The position numbers were made by a program, and so were the translations under genes. From Eledone cirrhosa (lineage: Eukaryota): DNA of 64,000 nt. Positions 1 through 12,829 of this stretch are shown one piece after another. Below the pieces are notes generated by a model. It ran no database searches, was not told the origin of the DNA, and was given only the letters and a program-made list of their open reading frames with translations. Position 1 is the stretch's first letter. Each line of letters starts with the position of its first letter. The stretch is from contig OZ024745.1 of NCBI GenBank assembly GCA_964016885.1, positions 125,550,001 through 125,614,000 of the forward strand, given 5' to 3'.

Positions 1-120
1 ACATTGAGACAGTTTTTCCTACAATACCAAGTGTAAAACTAATAATAATATATTTCTTCATTGTACTGTGGTGTTTGCTTTGCTTTTCTGTCTTCCTTTT
101 GCATATATATATATATATAT

Positions 121-256
121 ATAACGAAGGAAATGTGGTAAGGAACCAGGTGGACCATAACGCACCAAAGTACTCAATACTTGGGGTAGTAGAGTGGGTA
201 ATAGGAACCATAGCCGTTGAAACGGCTTGAGCTCAGCTGTCGGGGTCTTACTGGTT

Positions 257-260
<4 letters not shown>
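121..260. mobile_element. Short hairpin-bearing repeat in (TA)n, possibly a PLE 3' end (relatives at about 42505-42602, 58454-58560, 60805-60992)
   Basis: Shared motif aacgaaggaaatgtggtaaggaacc...gtactcaatacttggggta, internal inverted repeats, and (TA)n flanks at the copies. Confidence 0.5.
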
Positions 261-304
<44 letters not shown>

Positions 305-770
305 CATTTTCATAAATAAATAGTAATGAATAGAAATTAATTACTCATTTTTTTTTATGTCTGCACAATATAATATACTTATGCATTCATTCAATAATTG
401 CATCTCTGATAAATTGATTAATAATTCATGATAAACCATATTCATAACAATTAATTTCTCAAAGGATGTGTTAGAGGTTCAATTAAAATGCTTCAATCTA
501 TACTGTACACTAAGTTTACTGTCAGTTCAAATCATCCCAGACTTAACATTTGCTTGTCAATCCGACCTTGACAGTAACATCAGTACTAGTGGTACCTGTA
601 ATGAATTTAGTTAATTTAATCTGCAGTCTCTAAATTTACTAATTTTATTTTCATATTGATAAGTAGATATCAATTTTGTTGTATTCTCTATCATGTATAT
701 GGAATATATATATACATATATATATATATATTATATATTCATACATATATATATTGTATATTCATACATG

Positions 771-802
<32 letters not shown>

Positions 803-804
<2 letters not shown>

Positions 805-1600
805 ATCATCATTCAACATCATTTTACGTCCGCTTTTTCCTGCTTGCAAGGGCGGGATGGGTCCTATTCAGCACAGCATCTCTCCACTTGTCCCGGTCCT
901 TTGTCATCTTCACTGTGAGCTTCAGCGATCTGAGGTCTGTTCTCACCACCTCCGCCCATGTTTTTCGTGGTTTTCCTCTACTACATTTTCCTTCAACTGG
1001 CATTTCTTGGCACTTCTTCACCCATCAGTCATCCTCCATGCGCATCACATGCCCATACCATTGCAGTCCCCTCTCCCGCACACTTCAATTTATCCCTCTC
1101 AGACACAGTTTCTCTCTCAACACATCCATGCTTGGTCGTTCATGCACATTGACATTGCACATCCAACAGAGCATGCTTGCCTCATTTCTCTCCAGCCGTT
1201 GCATATACTCTGCAGTTGCTGCCCATGTCTCACTACCAAGCTTCATCACACACCTCATACAGGCATCATATAACCGGCCTTTTCGTACGCAAGGAGAAAC
1301 CCTTCTTCGTCAGCAGAGGAAGCAGCTCCCTAAACTTCTTCCAACCCATCCTTATTCTAGATACTATGGCCTCGGAACAGCCCCTCCCATGCTTATCTGA
1401 TCACCTAGGTACTGGGAGCTATCAACCACTTCTATAGCACCCACCTGCATTTGAAAAATGTGTCTATCAATGCAACTTTTACTGTCAAATTTCCCTGTAC
1501 ATCTACTGCATACGTATTTCTCCCTACCTGTTAGTTTGCCTGCTATCCCACTACACCTCTTGTGTACCCAAGATTTGCATTGTGTACATTTTATAGAATT
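803..1600 (-). mobile_element. RTE-clade LINE, 5'-truncated 3' fragment
   Basis: Minus strand encodes ...GSETWAATAEY.QRLERNEASML...LQWYGHVMRMEDD...GKPRKTWAEVVRTDL, then a (GAT)n tail. Includes a Cys-rich CTQCKSWVHKRC...CSRC segment. Confidence 0.9.
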
Positions 1601-1821
1601 TATGTGTGTGTATGTATATACATATATATATGGGATTGGTCCTGTACAAGCCTTTCATCACGTAAAAAGGTTTCAAGCACAAGCATCGCTTTATATGTGA
1701 CATTTTGTTTGTGATGCATAGTATTGCTGGCCATAGGCAAGTCCCTAACAGAAGTTAAAAGCATGTCTGCGATGCACATACTTAAGTATCAAGCGATGGC
1801 ATTACTGAAAATCAATATATA

Positions 1822-2022
1822 TCATCATCATCATCACCTTCGTTTAACGCCCATCTTCCACGCTAGCATGGGTTAGATGGGAGTTGTCCCACTTGAGGCA
1901 AGGTTGGTCGGGTGACCATGTCTCGCTCATATAGGACTATCTTGCAGGTTTTCTACGGCTGGATGCTCTTCCTAACACCAACCACATTTACAGTGTGGAA
2001 CTGGGAACTTTTTACCGTGTTA

Positions 2023-2023
<1 letters not shown>
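1822..2023 (-). mobile_element. RTE 3'UTR/SINE tail fragment
   Basis: (CAT)n plus cttccacgctagcatgggttag...ttctacggctggatgc...cctaacaccaacc, shared with 12830, 13693, 17500, 52215 and 53278. Confidence 0.8.
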
Positions 2024-2061
<38 letters not shown>

Positions 2062-2064
<3 letters not shown>

Positions 2065-2623
2065 GATAACAAGTTATCGTTATAGGTTGTGAGTACTCTG
2101 CATCGTGGATAGTTTTAACGTAGGGTTTTGTTTGACTCAACGAGATGCTTCTATAGTTATGCAGCGAGTTCGCAGTAATTTCTATGCCGGTTATACTTGG
2201 AGTAATAATAGTTAAAGAAAGAAGAGTAACATGGTTGGCTGTACAATAAGGGCTTTATTTAAAGTACGGACAACTGTTTCGTTGATCAGGTGAGTCAAGA
2301 GTTTGCTAATCGCCTGAGGTTGCGTCATTCGATCTCCAATACATTATTTACCTTTGGTTAACACATCAGAGTACGTAGATATGAAAGTAATTCACCCGAG
2401 GCAAGACTTATATAGAAAATTGGCATATAAGTCTTGCCTCAAGTGAATTACTTTCATATCTACGTACTCTGATGTGTTGACCAAAGGTAAATAATGTATT
2501 GGAGATCGAATGATGCAACCTCAGGCGATTAGCGAACTCTAGACTCACCTGATCAACGAAACAATTGTCAGTACTTTAAATAAAGCCTTTATTGTACAGC
2601 CAACCATGTTACTCTTCATTCTT
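2062..2623. mobile_element. PLE-like fold-back insertion in (TA)n with about 200-bp inverted arms
   Basis: Arms about 2215-2412 and 2425-2623 are reverse complements, each with an HHR motif. Confidence 0.8.
2464..2574 (+). ncRNA. Type I hammerhead motif with variant core CUGAUGU and long stem II (mirror copy 2264-2374 on -)
   Basis: gtact-CTGATGT-gttga...tcaac-GAAA-caattg-TC-agtac. Confidence 0.7.
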
Positions 2624-3609
2624 TATATATATATATATAGAGAGAGAGAGAGGGGGAGGGAGAAGGAGGGAGGGAGCATTAAACTGTACATGACTAATTG
2701 ATGTATTTGTTATAGCAAAGCAGTTGTTTAAACTATGAAAATTCCTATATAGGCCTTATACACAAGCTAGTATGAAAATGCAAAATATTACAAATTCCTT
2801 AATCTTTCTCTGTTAAGCTTAGTCTGTTTATACATCTATCAATGCATCTTTTACAACATAACATAGAATCATCATTGTCATAAATGTTCATCCTATGATC
2901 TCCATAGTCAAATTCTCTGGTATCTACACAATTTAGCAATTGTCTCTAATTAAAATCTGGGTATGTAGAAATGAGCAATAGGATCGATTTCCCAGCAATG
3001 GACACTTTTGATCATAAAACGTTTTAAAGCAATTGATTCATTTATCTGATAACAGACAGATCAAATACATAAGAGAAAAAATATAGAAACAAATCTAAAT
3101 GGAATATATTTCTAGACATGTTGTAATAAAAGGGTGGAGCTATACGTTCAAGAGAAAACATGCATGTTCTCTCAGCTAGACTGTTTATATATATATATCA
3201 AAGAGAAAAAAGAAGAAAGAATCTGAATTTGAGGAAACTACTGATGGTGATATCAAAAAGAAAAAAATAATAACACTTGATAAAATTCATACAATTCGTG
3301 ATTTTATCTTAAATCGTGCTTTGCATCATAATAAACTTTTATCAGACTCATAAAACACTTACAGTGTCATATTCACAACTGTTTTATCATTATTTTGTGA
3401 TATTTGTATAGATCATTGAGTATCAAAGTCTTTCACCATACATCAACAACCCAGACACTAATAATATCATCATCATCATTATAATACACAAAGATTATAT
3501 CAGGGTCAAATATATCCATAAATATTCAATCGACGCTTGATAAAAGTAAATTTAAAAACAATATACAGATTTTTAAAAGAGTTATTTGGTTATTATCTGT
3601 CATATATTG

Positions 3610-3835
3610 CTTGTCTGCAATCTAAAGATGGGTCCATTTTGATCGATGATACTGAAGATATTTTGGAAGTAATACACCGTTTTACAGGTCCATTTCATAA
3701 CCCAACTACAATTGGTGAAAAGGTAATAAAAGGCATTTGCCAATACCACACTATTGAGGAAATATGAACATTACTCCCAACAAAACTGCCATTAAACAAA
3801 GTAATAGAAAGACATCTGCAATCAATGGTATACGG
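3610..3835 (+). mobile_element. Degenerate RTE-like LINE ORF fragment (pre-RT region)
   Basis: LQSKDGSILIDDTEDIL...AIKQSNRKTSAINGI resembles the SKDG..L...IL..W / AIK.L...KAPG.DGI region of RTE ORFs. Confidence 0.5.
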
Positions 3836-3903
3836 AAGATCTCAATAGCATGAAACTTGTAGTGCAACAAGGAAATTCAGTTTGAGTAAAACATGCACTA
3901 CAA

Positions 3904-4139
3904 CAGGCATGTCAAACATGTGGCCCGCGGGCCGTATGCTATCCTTTACAAGCACACCAGCAGCCCACACAAAGCTTTTTATAGTACGAGCATGTCTTAT
4001 CTTTGTAAAATTAGTTGTAATATTTGCAATTAGTTGTCAAGTGTGGCCCTCAGACAATACATATGTGACCCATGTGGCCCTCAGACAATACATGTGTGAC
4101 CCATGTGGCCCTTGGGAGACCCTCAGTTTGACATGCCTG
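3904..4139. mobile_element. hAT (Charlie-like) MITE
   Basis: TIRs caggcatgtcaaac/gtttgacatgcctg; 8-bp TSD cactacaa/gactacaa (7 of 8 match); internal 31-bp tandem duplication. Confidence 0.85.
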
Positions 4140-4562
4140 GACTACAATATGCAATTAGTACTTTCTTCCTCATTTGACAACAAACCAGAACATTTGAATA
4201 TGCTATGTGTATTGTGAGTCTGTCTATGTGTCATAAATATATGTATATATGTGTGAATGTATATGTGTAAGTATGTGACATTGTTACCCTTTTCATTACC
4301 ATAGTTTTAATGAAAACATACCTTATGATTTTCAAATTATTTTTAAAATAATCAAGAATTTGGAGGGATATGATAATAAAACTAACAATCTTATTATTAA
4401 GCTGGTCTTAGGAATATGACAATGTTTCTTGCTCAAAAATTGGATGGTAGGTTTATAGATGAATATGAATACATTAAAATAAGCAGTTTTATATCATTGA
4501 ATTAAGAAAAGTTTCAAGTTGTTCGAGAACAAAAGGGTTAAACATAAAGAATCATTAGAAAT

Positions 4563-4741
4563 AATTATTTCTACTTTTGGCACAATGCCAGCAATTATGC
4601 CAGTGTATTACTGGTACTTTATTTTATCGGCTGTGTAAGGATGAAAGCCAAAGTTAACCTCAGCGGGATTTGAACTCAGACCATAAAGGGCCATAACTCT
4701 TTGCTGCAAAGCATGGCGTCAGACCCTCTACCGATACTGCA
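4563..4741 (-). mobile_element. tRNA-derived SINE family 1 (other copies about 21293-21481+, 27065-27250+, 31771-31942+, 33476-33678+, 38229-38410-, 48410-48650-, 49995-50283-, 57748-57925-, 57963-58141-, 60147-60389)
   Basis: tRNA-like head (tggcagtatcggtagag...gagttcaaatccc with A/B boxes), conserved core gcctttcatccttacggggtcgataaaataaagtacca, tail agaaacaatta. Confidence 0.9.
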
Positions 4742-4779
4742 ATAATACATAGTAAAATTAAACATTCAATAATTCATAC

Positions 4780-5033
4780 CATAATTGTTAAAGGCTCTTT
4801 TAAGGGTCCAACAGCATTGAAGCTTTCAACATCTCCATCACGTGAGTAATGGACAATCGTGCCAGCTATTTCATAATCACCGCTCCATTCAATAAACCAG
4901 CCTCCATTCAAATAGTATTCACCATTCTGGTTACGCAGGGCTAAATAGTTATGTTCTGCAGATTGTGCACCTTTCAATTCATTGACAAATATATTTCGAG
5001 CCCCTGCTGGTATCATTTTCACTTCTTGGTATC
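4780..5033 (-). CDS. ADAMTS7/12-like exon F (spacer domain)
   Basis: tttttaaag|GA TAC...ATT ATG|gtatg; GYQEVKMIPAGARNIFVNELKGAQSAEHNYLALRNQNGEYYLNGGWFIEWSGDYEIAGTIVHYSRDGDVESFNAVGPLKEPLTIM. It resembles the ADAMTS7/12 spacer (YFLNGGWTIQWNGDYQVAGT, recalled from memory). 254 nt, phase 1 to 0. Confidence 0.95.
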
Positions 5034-5127
5034 CTTTAAAAAGAATTAAAAAACACAGTGTATAGTTGTTATATGATGGAAACAACGTAACTATTTAAAC
5101 AACAGAGACTCATTTAGCATATAAATA

Positions 5128-6034
5128 CGAGGGCAATCCCAAAAGTAAGGTCTCCAAAGCGATGGGGATGCAGAGAAACTGTTCATACGGCTGTTGGCAA
5201 CATTGTTGTGATTGGTGCTTCCTTCACACCCAAACAAGCATGCGTGCGCTTCGCTGGGATGCTCAATCTTGGCTTGGCAGCTGTTGAGAATGGAGCTCCC
5301 ATTGAACGCTACTGCCAAGTGCGAAGTTCGCGCAGTTATTCGGTTTTTGAACGCAAAAGGCGTTGAACCGATTGAAATTCATCGCCAATTGACGGAAGTG
5401 TATGGACAGTCGTGCATGGATGTCAAAAACGTTCACAAGTGGTGCAGAGAGTTTACAGCCGGTTGTACTGAAATTCATGACGAACAAAGGAGGGGGAGAC
5501 CGACAATTTCCGATGAGACATTCGCAATTTTTCCGTTAAAATCCTGTGGATAGTGCTTCGGGGAACCTCAGGAATCAAAATGCAGAGAGCATCCAGAGTG
5601 ATCCGCCAGTCTTTATGCATGTTTTCCTCAACCTTTACGACTGTCTTGTCAGAAATTGACGGTCTCCCACTCATTTGTTCGTCGTGAATTTCAGTACGAC
5701 CAGCTGTAAACTCTCTACACAACTTGCGAACGTTTTTGACATCCATACACGACTGTCCATACACTTCCGTCAATTGGCGATGAATTTCAATCGGTTCAAA
5801 GCCGTTTGCGTTCAAAAACCGAATAACTGCGCGAACTTCGCACTTGGCGGTAGCGTTCAACGAGAGCTCCATTCTCAACGGCTGCCAAGCCAAGATTGAG
5901 CATCCCAGCGAAGCACGTGCAGGCTTGTTTGAGAGTGAAGGAAGCACCAATCACAACAGTGTTGCCAGCGGCCGTACGAACAGTTTCTCTGCGGCCCCAT
6001 CGCTTTGGAGACCTTACTTTTGGGATTGACCTCG
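5128..6034. mobile_element. Non-autonomous mariner built from two inverted 5' halves
   Basis: TA on both flanks; termini cgagggcaatcccaaaagtaagg/ccttacttttgggattgacctcg; both strands encode the mariner N-terminal HTH (EVRAVIRFL...EIHRQLTEVYG...GRP); no DDD domain. Confidence 0.92.
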
Positions 6035-6067
6035 TATATATATATGCATATATTATATATATGAATG

Positions 6068-6115
<48 letters not shown>

Positions 6116-6145
6116 AGAACAAAAGATGGTTAAAGGAGTTCCATG

Positions 6146-6216
6146 TATTTTATTATGCGCATTTCAAAAACAAACATCATCATGCAATAATATTTGTGTT
6201 TTCATCAGATAAAACA
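6146..6216 (-). ncRNA. Minimal type I hammerhead ribozyme, family A (mirror copy)
   Basis: Reverse complement of 6345-6415. Confidence 0.85.
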
Positions 6217-6344
6217 GGAGGACATGATATGAAGGCTAAAAAACACTTGTGGATAGTGCAGTTTTAAATCAACATAATCAATGATATGTTGATTTAAAAC
6301 TGCACTATCCACAAGTGTTTTTTAGCCTTCATATCATGTCCTCC

Positions 6345-6415
6345 TGTTTTATCTGATGAAAACACAAATATTATTGCATGATGATGTTTGTTTTTGAAAT
6401 GCGCATAATAAAATA
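6345..6415 (+). ncRNA. Minimal type I hammerhead ribozyme, family A
   Basis: tgttttat-CTGATGA-stem II-GAAA-tgcgca-TA-ataaaata; palindromic stem III, AUA cleavage triplet. Confidence 0.85.
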
Positions 6416-7395
6416 CATGGAACTCCTTTAACCATCTTTTGTTCTTATATATTATGTATACTCCAGTCCTACAAACTGTAGAGTGCTTCTTATCCGATAT
6501 CTGCATTGCTTTATTGTACTACAATAAAACTCACCTCCTACATATATATATTTATATATATATGCATATTATATATATATATAATCTTTCAGCTAATTAG
6601 TAATTTTAAGTCATTCTAATAGAAATAGAAGCAAAGATTTTTTATCGATTAGAATAAAGAGAAAGTGACTTTATCAACTTCACAGTAATAATATAATATC
6701 ACAACTTGACTCTTATATACTTTGAACATTTTTGTTATTTATTTCTACATTCAAGCACACTCACACACAAACAGATACACGCAATACATACACAGCACAC
6801 ACATGTATGAAACCATATGTTTATATATGTAAGTATATTTTTACTTGGTAAGTCTTTCAGTATATGTATAAAGAGAAAGAGGGAGAACTTTTACAGAATT
6901 TCTTTATTCATAAAATCATGATGAAATTGGAAAGATATTTCCTTTTTATGTTTCCTTACTAATTCATTTTTTAAAACTAATTCAAAGAATGATCTACTGT
7001 ACTGACATGACTTCTTAAAAATAAATTTATATATTTGATTTCAAAAAGTGAGGCAATACATCTACCAACCTATACACACTGATACACATGCACACACACA
7101 CAGACTAAGATACAGACACATGCACAGACAAACACACAATAAAATTAATTCACAGTTGGATTTCTTAAAGAGTGTTTATACACACACACATAGACATGCA
7201 TTCACACACACACACACACACATAGACATGCATATACACACACTTTTATATACAGATATATAGTTAAAATTGTTTTAGAAACGGCAGTACAATGTAAATT
7301 AGAATTAAAGAAAAACATTCCATTAAACTGGCTTCTCTAAAATAATTTTAACTTTATATTTCACAATACTATAAACACATGCAGACACATGCACA

Positions 7396-7492
<97 letters not shown>

Positions 7493-8528
7493 GTTGGCAG
7501 CTGAGAGAAAACAGTAGTCAATACTGTTCTTGTCTGATGGCCCTGTGATTAACAGGCAAAATTCCAAAGTAACAACACTCACTATTTAGTCTTAATAAAA
7601 TACTGACACTCAGTACACCCAGTAAATTTGATTGCTGATAGAAGGGGCATCAAAATGTAGAATTCATACCAAAAGTAAATCGAGATCACTCTTCAGTAGT
7701 GACAAAGACATGATAACCTACCTAGTGCTGGTGCCATGATTAAATGCACTTGGCTTATTCTGTAGAGTGTAGGAATATATGTAAATTTGATATAGTTCAA
7801 ATGTATATTTACATGCATACATGTATGTTCGAATGTATGCATCCATACATACACACACACATGCAAAACTGTATTAATACATTTAAGGGAACTCTCTGAT
7901 TGAAAGCTGGCTGGTGCCACAAAACCAGCCACTGCAGGCAGTGATCCCATTACCACTGATAGACAGATATCATGCTCAGCAACAATTTAACTGAAATCCA
8001 GAACACCAAAAACTCATTAACACCTTACAAGTGATCTGAGATGATATGTTTCAACAGGTCAACAATCTTAATTTGAGAGAAAGACCATACAACACCCATA
8101 TAAATAAAGTACCCAGTAAATTAGAATTAGATCCAGTAAACTAAAAAGCAAGCAATTATCAGAAGGCCACTACATATGAAACGATTAACCTTTTGATATA
8201 TGTCTCAGCTAGCTGGTATGTTAGATGGATAATCATATCACTAATGATGATATAAGTATTGTACTGTCTGATGAGATCCTGTCTGAGTATTACATAACAG
8301 ATGCCACTGAATTACATATCACATGATTACACAATAAATAGAATGTGATGAAATTCTAACATATTGCCTTTTAAGTCATTATTATAATGAATGCTGTCAC
8401 ACACACACCTTTGTGATAATATCATAGTGGCAGAACTACATTAAATTGAGTGCCCAATCCTATTTACACAAGTTTTTGTTGATCTGTACCTAAAAGCTAA
8501 CAATGGAGTTTTTTAACATTGAATTACC

Positions 8529-8609
<81 letters not shown>

Positions 8610-9684
8610 ATGTCAGCATGAAAAATAAATGTAAAATGATTTTGGTGATATGTATGTGTCTATATGTGTCTATATTTGTAGTTATCTCTAGTATTTGTTC
8701 ATATTACATAGCGTAGCAGTTAAATAAAATATCAATGATAAAATAAGTACCAGACTTTTAAAATGCTTGGTTTGATACGACCAACTAAATCCTTTAAAAA
8801 CGGTGCTTAGCATGGTCACAGTCTAATATCAAAAGCCAGTAAAAGGTAAAAGAAAAAAATTATATATATATAGATATAATTTGCAAGCAGGGAAAAGCAG
8901 ACATAAAATGATGATGATGATAGTATTTTTTCTTCATTTTGTCTTTTTTCTTCATAATTGGAAAGCTCACTGGGGTTGTTTTTGTTGATTTTTTTTTTTT
9001 ACTAGAATGTCAGCCATTTTACAAATATATCTGTTATGTAACAGATCAGTGAATAGGATAAACTGCTTTGATCAGATATCACTTTCATATATTAAGTGAT
9101 AAACTGAAATAAAAAATTATTTTTGTTGTTGCTTTTCTCTTGGAATGAGTCTGGTGGGCTGACAACAGGTTAACATTGATTTTGCTGAAGTCTGTTTAGA
9201 TGTATTGCCTCTTTAATCATCAAATCTTTAGGGATACATTGGACTAATTTATTCTTTCATTTTTAAGACAAATTTGAGGGAGATTTGGCTTCTATTTCTA
9301 ACAAGTCAAATAATCATATAAAGCTACCAATATGAATAGCATAAAGGGATCATAGATTTCTTGCTCTTGTTTATCCCTAGGTATATCTGATCAAGCCAAT
9401 TGATGATTAAAGACAAAGATGATGACTTGATGACTAAACAAAACTTACAAACACATAGAAACTACACAGTGTACAAAACACACAAATGAAAGAATAGATG
9501 ATGAAGGATTATAAATGTATTATATTAATACTTAAAAGAGAGCTAAAAGTCAAAAATAATATAACAGGTATTGTTACTCTGGTTGTTCCAGTAATAAGTT
9601 ATGGAAACTAAAAGAAACATCGATTACCCAGTCTGAGTTAATAGAGAATATGACTGATTTGACATTTTCATAAACATATAATCA

Positions 9685-10240
9685 GGGAATTTGCAGAATC
9701 ATTAGAACGTCTGTTAAAATACTCCATCATATTAGTTTCAGCTCCCTGCTCTCTCAGTTCAAATCCTACTGAGGTCAACTCTGCCTTCCATCCTTTCGAA
9801 GTCAATAAAATAATACCAGAAACGTACTGGGGTTGATTCTTCCTGTATATCATTTTCTCACATCCATTCTCTCACTCTCTCTAACTTTCTCTGGAAGAAA
9901 TCTGCTGTATTTAGACCTGCAGAAGATTTGGCTTTGCCAGGTTTAAAAATGTTCTAGAAACACCGTATGTCAATATCTGCAATTCAGCAGAGTCATTAGA
10001 ACATGAGATAGAATGTTTTGTGATGTTTGGTCCAGTTATTTGTGCTCTGAGTATAAATCTCCCAAAGATCAACTTTGCCTTTCATCCTTTTCAGGTCAAT
10101 AATTAAGATGTCAGTCTAATACTAGGGTCAATTCTTCCTCTTTATCTCTTTATCACTTATGCTTTCCCTTTCCTATTCTCTGTAAGAATTTGGGTGTTTT
10201 CATACCTGCAGCAGGTAGGCTTTACCAGGTTTAAATTCCT
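9685..10240 (+). mobile_element. Two tandem older SINE copies related to family 1 (another at about 47385-47640 on -)
   Basis: gcagaatcattagaac...gttcaaatcc...gaggtcaactctgccttccatcctttc repeated about 295 bp apart. Confidence 0.6.
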
Positions 10241-10489
10241 AAAATACATTGTATTTCACAACAGCATGTCTCCATCAGTTAAGAGTTGATGAATGGACAC
10301 TGGAAATTAGGCTCTTCCTATGAAATATCCTTAGAAATTAGATGCTATAAACATACATCACACAAGGTCTCAAAGAATCATGATAAGACCATACTCTTGG
10401 ACATACCAATTTATAGAAACATGCATATTTTGGGTAAAAAAAAATAAAAAGGGAATGTTTTCTTAATATATTAGATCGAACAGACAACA

Positions 10490-10830
10490 ATAAATTTCTA
10501 TAAATGGCATAGAGAAGCTATATCAAAATATATAGATCAGAAAATAAAGATAAACTCTATTTGGAGAATGAGAACATAAATAATTTGCATAATACTTGCT
10601 GTCATGATTATAATAGATATTGAAAAATACATAACAAAAACTCAGGACTTACACATATAAGCAACTTGCAAAAGAATAACATTGCTAGACATGATATGGT
10701 ATATTCAGTAACTTAGAAAAACAAAACAAACACTGTATGTACCCAAAGTGCACATAACTGCAAACAGTTGTGCACAATGAAAACACGACTACAGATAAAT
10801 ATTAGAAGTTATCATTATCATCACTTCTGA
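10490..10830 (+). mobile_element. Degenerate 3' end of an RLE-type (R4/Dong-like) LINE
   Basis: Frameshifted remnants EKL.KY.D...I..IWRMRT and EKYITK..GL..I.NLQK.TLL. Confidence 0.4.
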
Positions 10831-11307
10831 GATCTGCATCTCTTCTTCTTCAATATTTTCACTATTACCTTTTTCAATTGTTATCTCCTATCATAGAAAA
10901 CAAAGTATACACAAAGCTACAGATATTCTCACCATTCACATATGAATGTTTATCCATGTCAGTGCTAGAGCAGTTTGTTATTGCTTACTGGCATAACTCA
11001 GATACATCAAGCTGCTAGCTTCCCATGATAGACATATATATACACATAAATATATTTTACTATATATATATATATTCATATACACACACATATATATATA
11101 TATACATATATATGTATATATATATATACACATACATATATATATATTCATATACACACACATATATATATATACATATATATATATATACACATACATA
11201 TATATATATATATATATACATATATACATATATTCATACACACACATATATATATATACATATATATATAAACATATATATATAAACATATATATATAAA
11301 TATACAA

Positions 11308-11368
<61 letters not shown>

Positions 11369-11811
11369 AGCAAGGAAAAGCGGACATAACATGATGATGA
11401 TGATGATTTCTAAAATGAATAAAGAGGTTGTGTCTAAGAAATTACAGACACTCGTCATATTGCTTTAATTGAAGCTCAGGGATAAATTCTGAGCTTTTAA
11501 TAATACAAATTCAACGGCAAATGACATATATAAAAATATATGAAACAATGCAGAGAAGATAATTTGTAAAAAATGTAAGAATATATTAATCACAAATGAA
11601 CAATATAGGCAGTTTAACAAAGAATCAAACTGTACATCCCGAACACCAAATAATTATTTGCATATGACAGCCAATTCCACTTATGCCAAGATTTTCCCTC
11701 AATTCTTTTAAAATTATGTCACTAACATTGCACATCCACAACCAAATATATATTGCTATATGGAATTGAAATATGGACGCTTTCATCCAAACAATAAAAG
11801 CACTTTGATGG

Positions 11812-11859
<48 letters not shown>
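11812..11859. repeat. (TAC)n microsatellite
   Basis: Direct read. Confidence 0.95.
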
Positions 11860-12666
11860 CTTGATGGCACTTACACTCACCTGCTTCAACATATTCAGAA
11901 TATAAACTGGCGACATCTGACTTTGAGAGAGATATATATGCATCCCTTCTATGCATATCTGTCATTGTATGTAAAAGGAGAGTAAGATTTGCTGACCACT
12001 GCCATCATGCCACCTATGAGGCTGTGTTCCCATTAGTGCTTTGGAAACCACAAGCAGTCACTAATAACAGGGGACGCAAGCTCTCCTATCCCGATGTCAT
12101 CTCCAGAGATTCTGTTTGAAAGAAGTCCGGAACGCGTCCTTCGCGATATTCAAAACAACAAACAGCGAAGGACGCGTTCCGGACTTGTCCGACAGACAAC
12201 CTTTTCCCCCACCCCGGAAAAACCCCAGTTGATGGATGTGAATCCAAAATATATAGGGACTATTAAATCTCTCCCAAGGTAACTCTCTCTTGTGTTGTTA
12301 TTTTTATTTTATCCTTTTTACTCTTCCCTTCATTCTACACATCTCACACATCTTATACACACCACGCATCTCAACGTACACCCACTTACATCTCTCGCTC
12401 CACCACCGGACCTTGTTACCCGGAGATTTACCCATTTGCATTGTCGAGGCTTCCAAACGACTTAAAGATATTTACTTATTGTTCCACAATGCTTCAAGCA
12501 AACTTCAATACTCTCTTATATATATATATGTATATATATAATGTAGGAGGTGAGTTTTATTGTAACACAATAAAGCAATGCAAATATCGGATAAGTAGCA
12601 CTCAACAGTGTATTGGACTGGAGTATATATAAGAAGAAATTAAAAGATGGTTAAAAAAGTTCCATG

Positions 12667-12737
12667 TATTTTATTATGCGCATTTCAAAAACAAATATCA
12701 TCCAGGGACGATATTTGCATTCTCATCAGATAAAATA
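12667..12737 (-). ncRNA. Minimal type I hammerhead ribozyme, family A
   Basis: tattttat-CTGATGA-gaatgcaaatatcgt...atgatatttgttttt-GAAA-tgcgca-TA-ataaaata; stem II sequence differs from the 6345 copy but still pairs. Confidence 0.85.
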
Positions 12738-12829
12738 GAGAGACATGATATGAAGCTTAAAAAAGACACTTGTGAACAAGGTAGTGTCTAATAATATATC
12801 CTTTTAAATTTATTTATCATATGTATATA

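Larger units (their letters stand above)
6111..6541. mobile_element. PLE family A fold-back insertion in (TA)n
   Basis: Arms about 6111-6276 and 6285-6450 are near-perfect reverse complements; 3' extension ends caataaaactcacctcctaca(TA)n; relatives at 12541-12790, 17881-17955, 59162-59746. Confidence 0.85.

Noticed and set aside
1-4779. Search for the next ADAMTS exon (and the preceding exon in 58366-64000)
   Set aside because: No convincing exon found by eye; presumed outside the window, though a short exon could have been missed.
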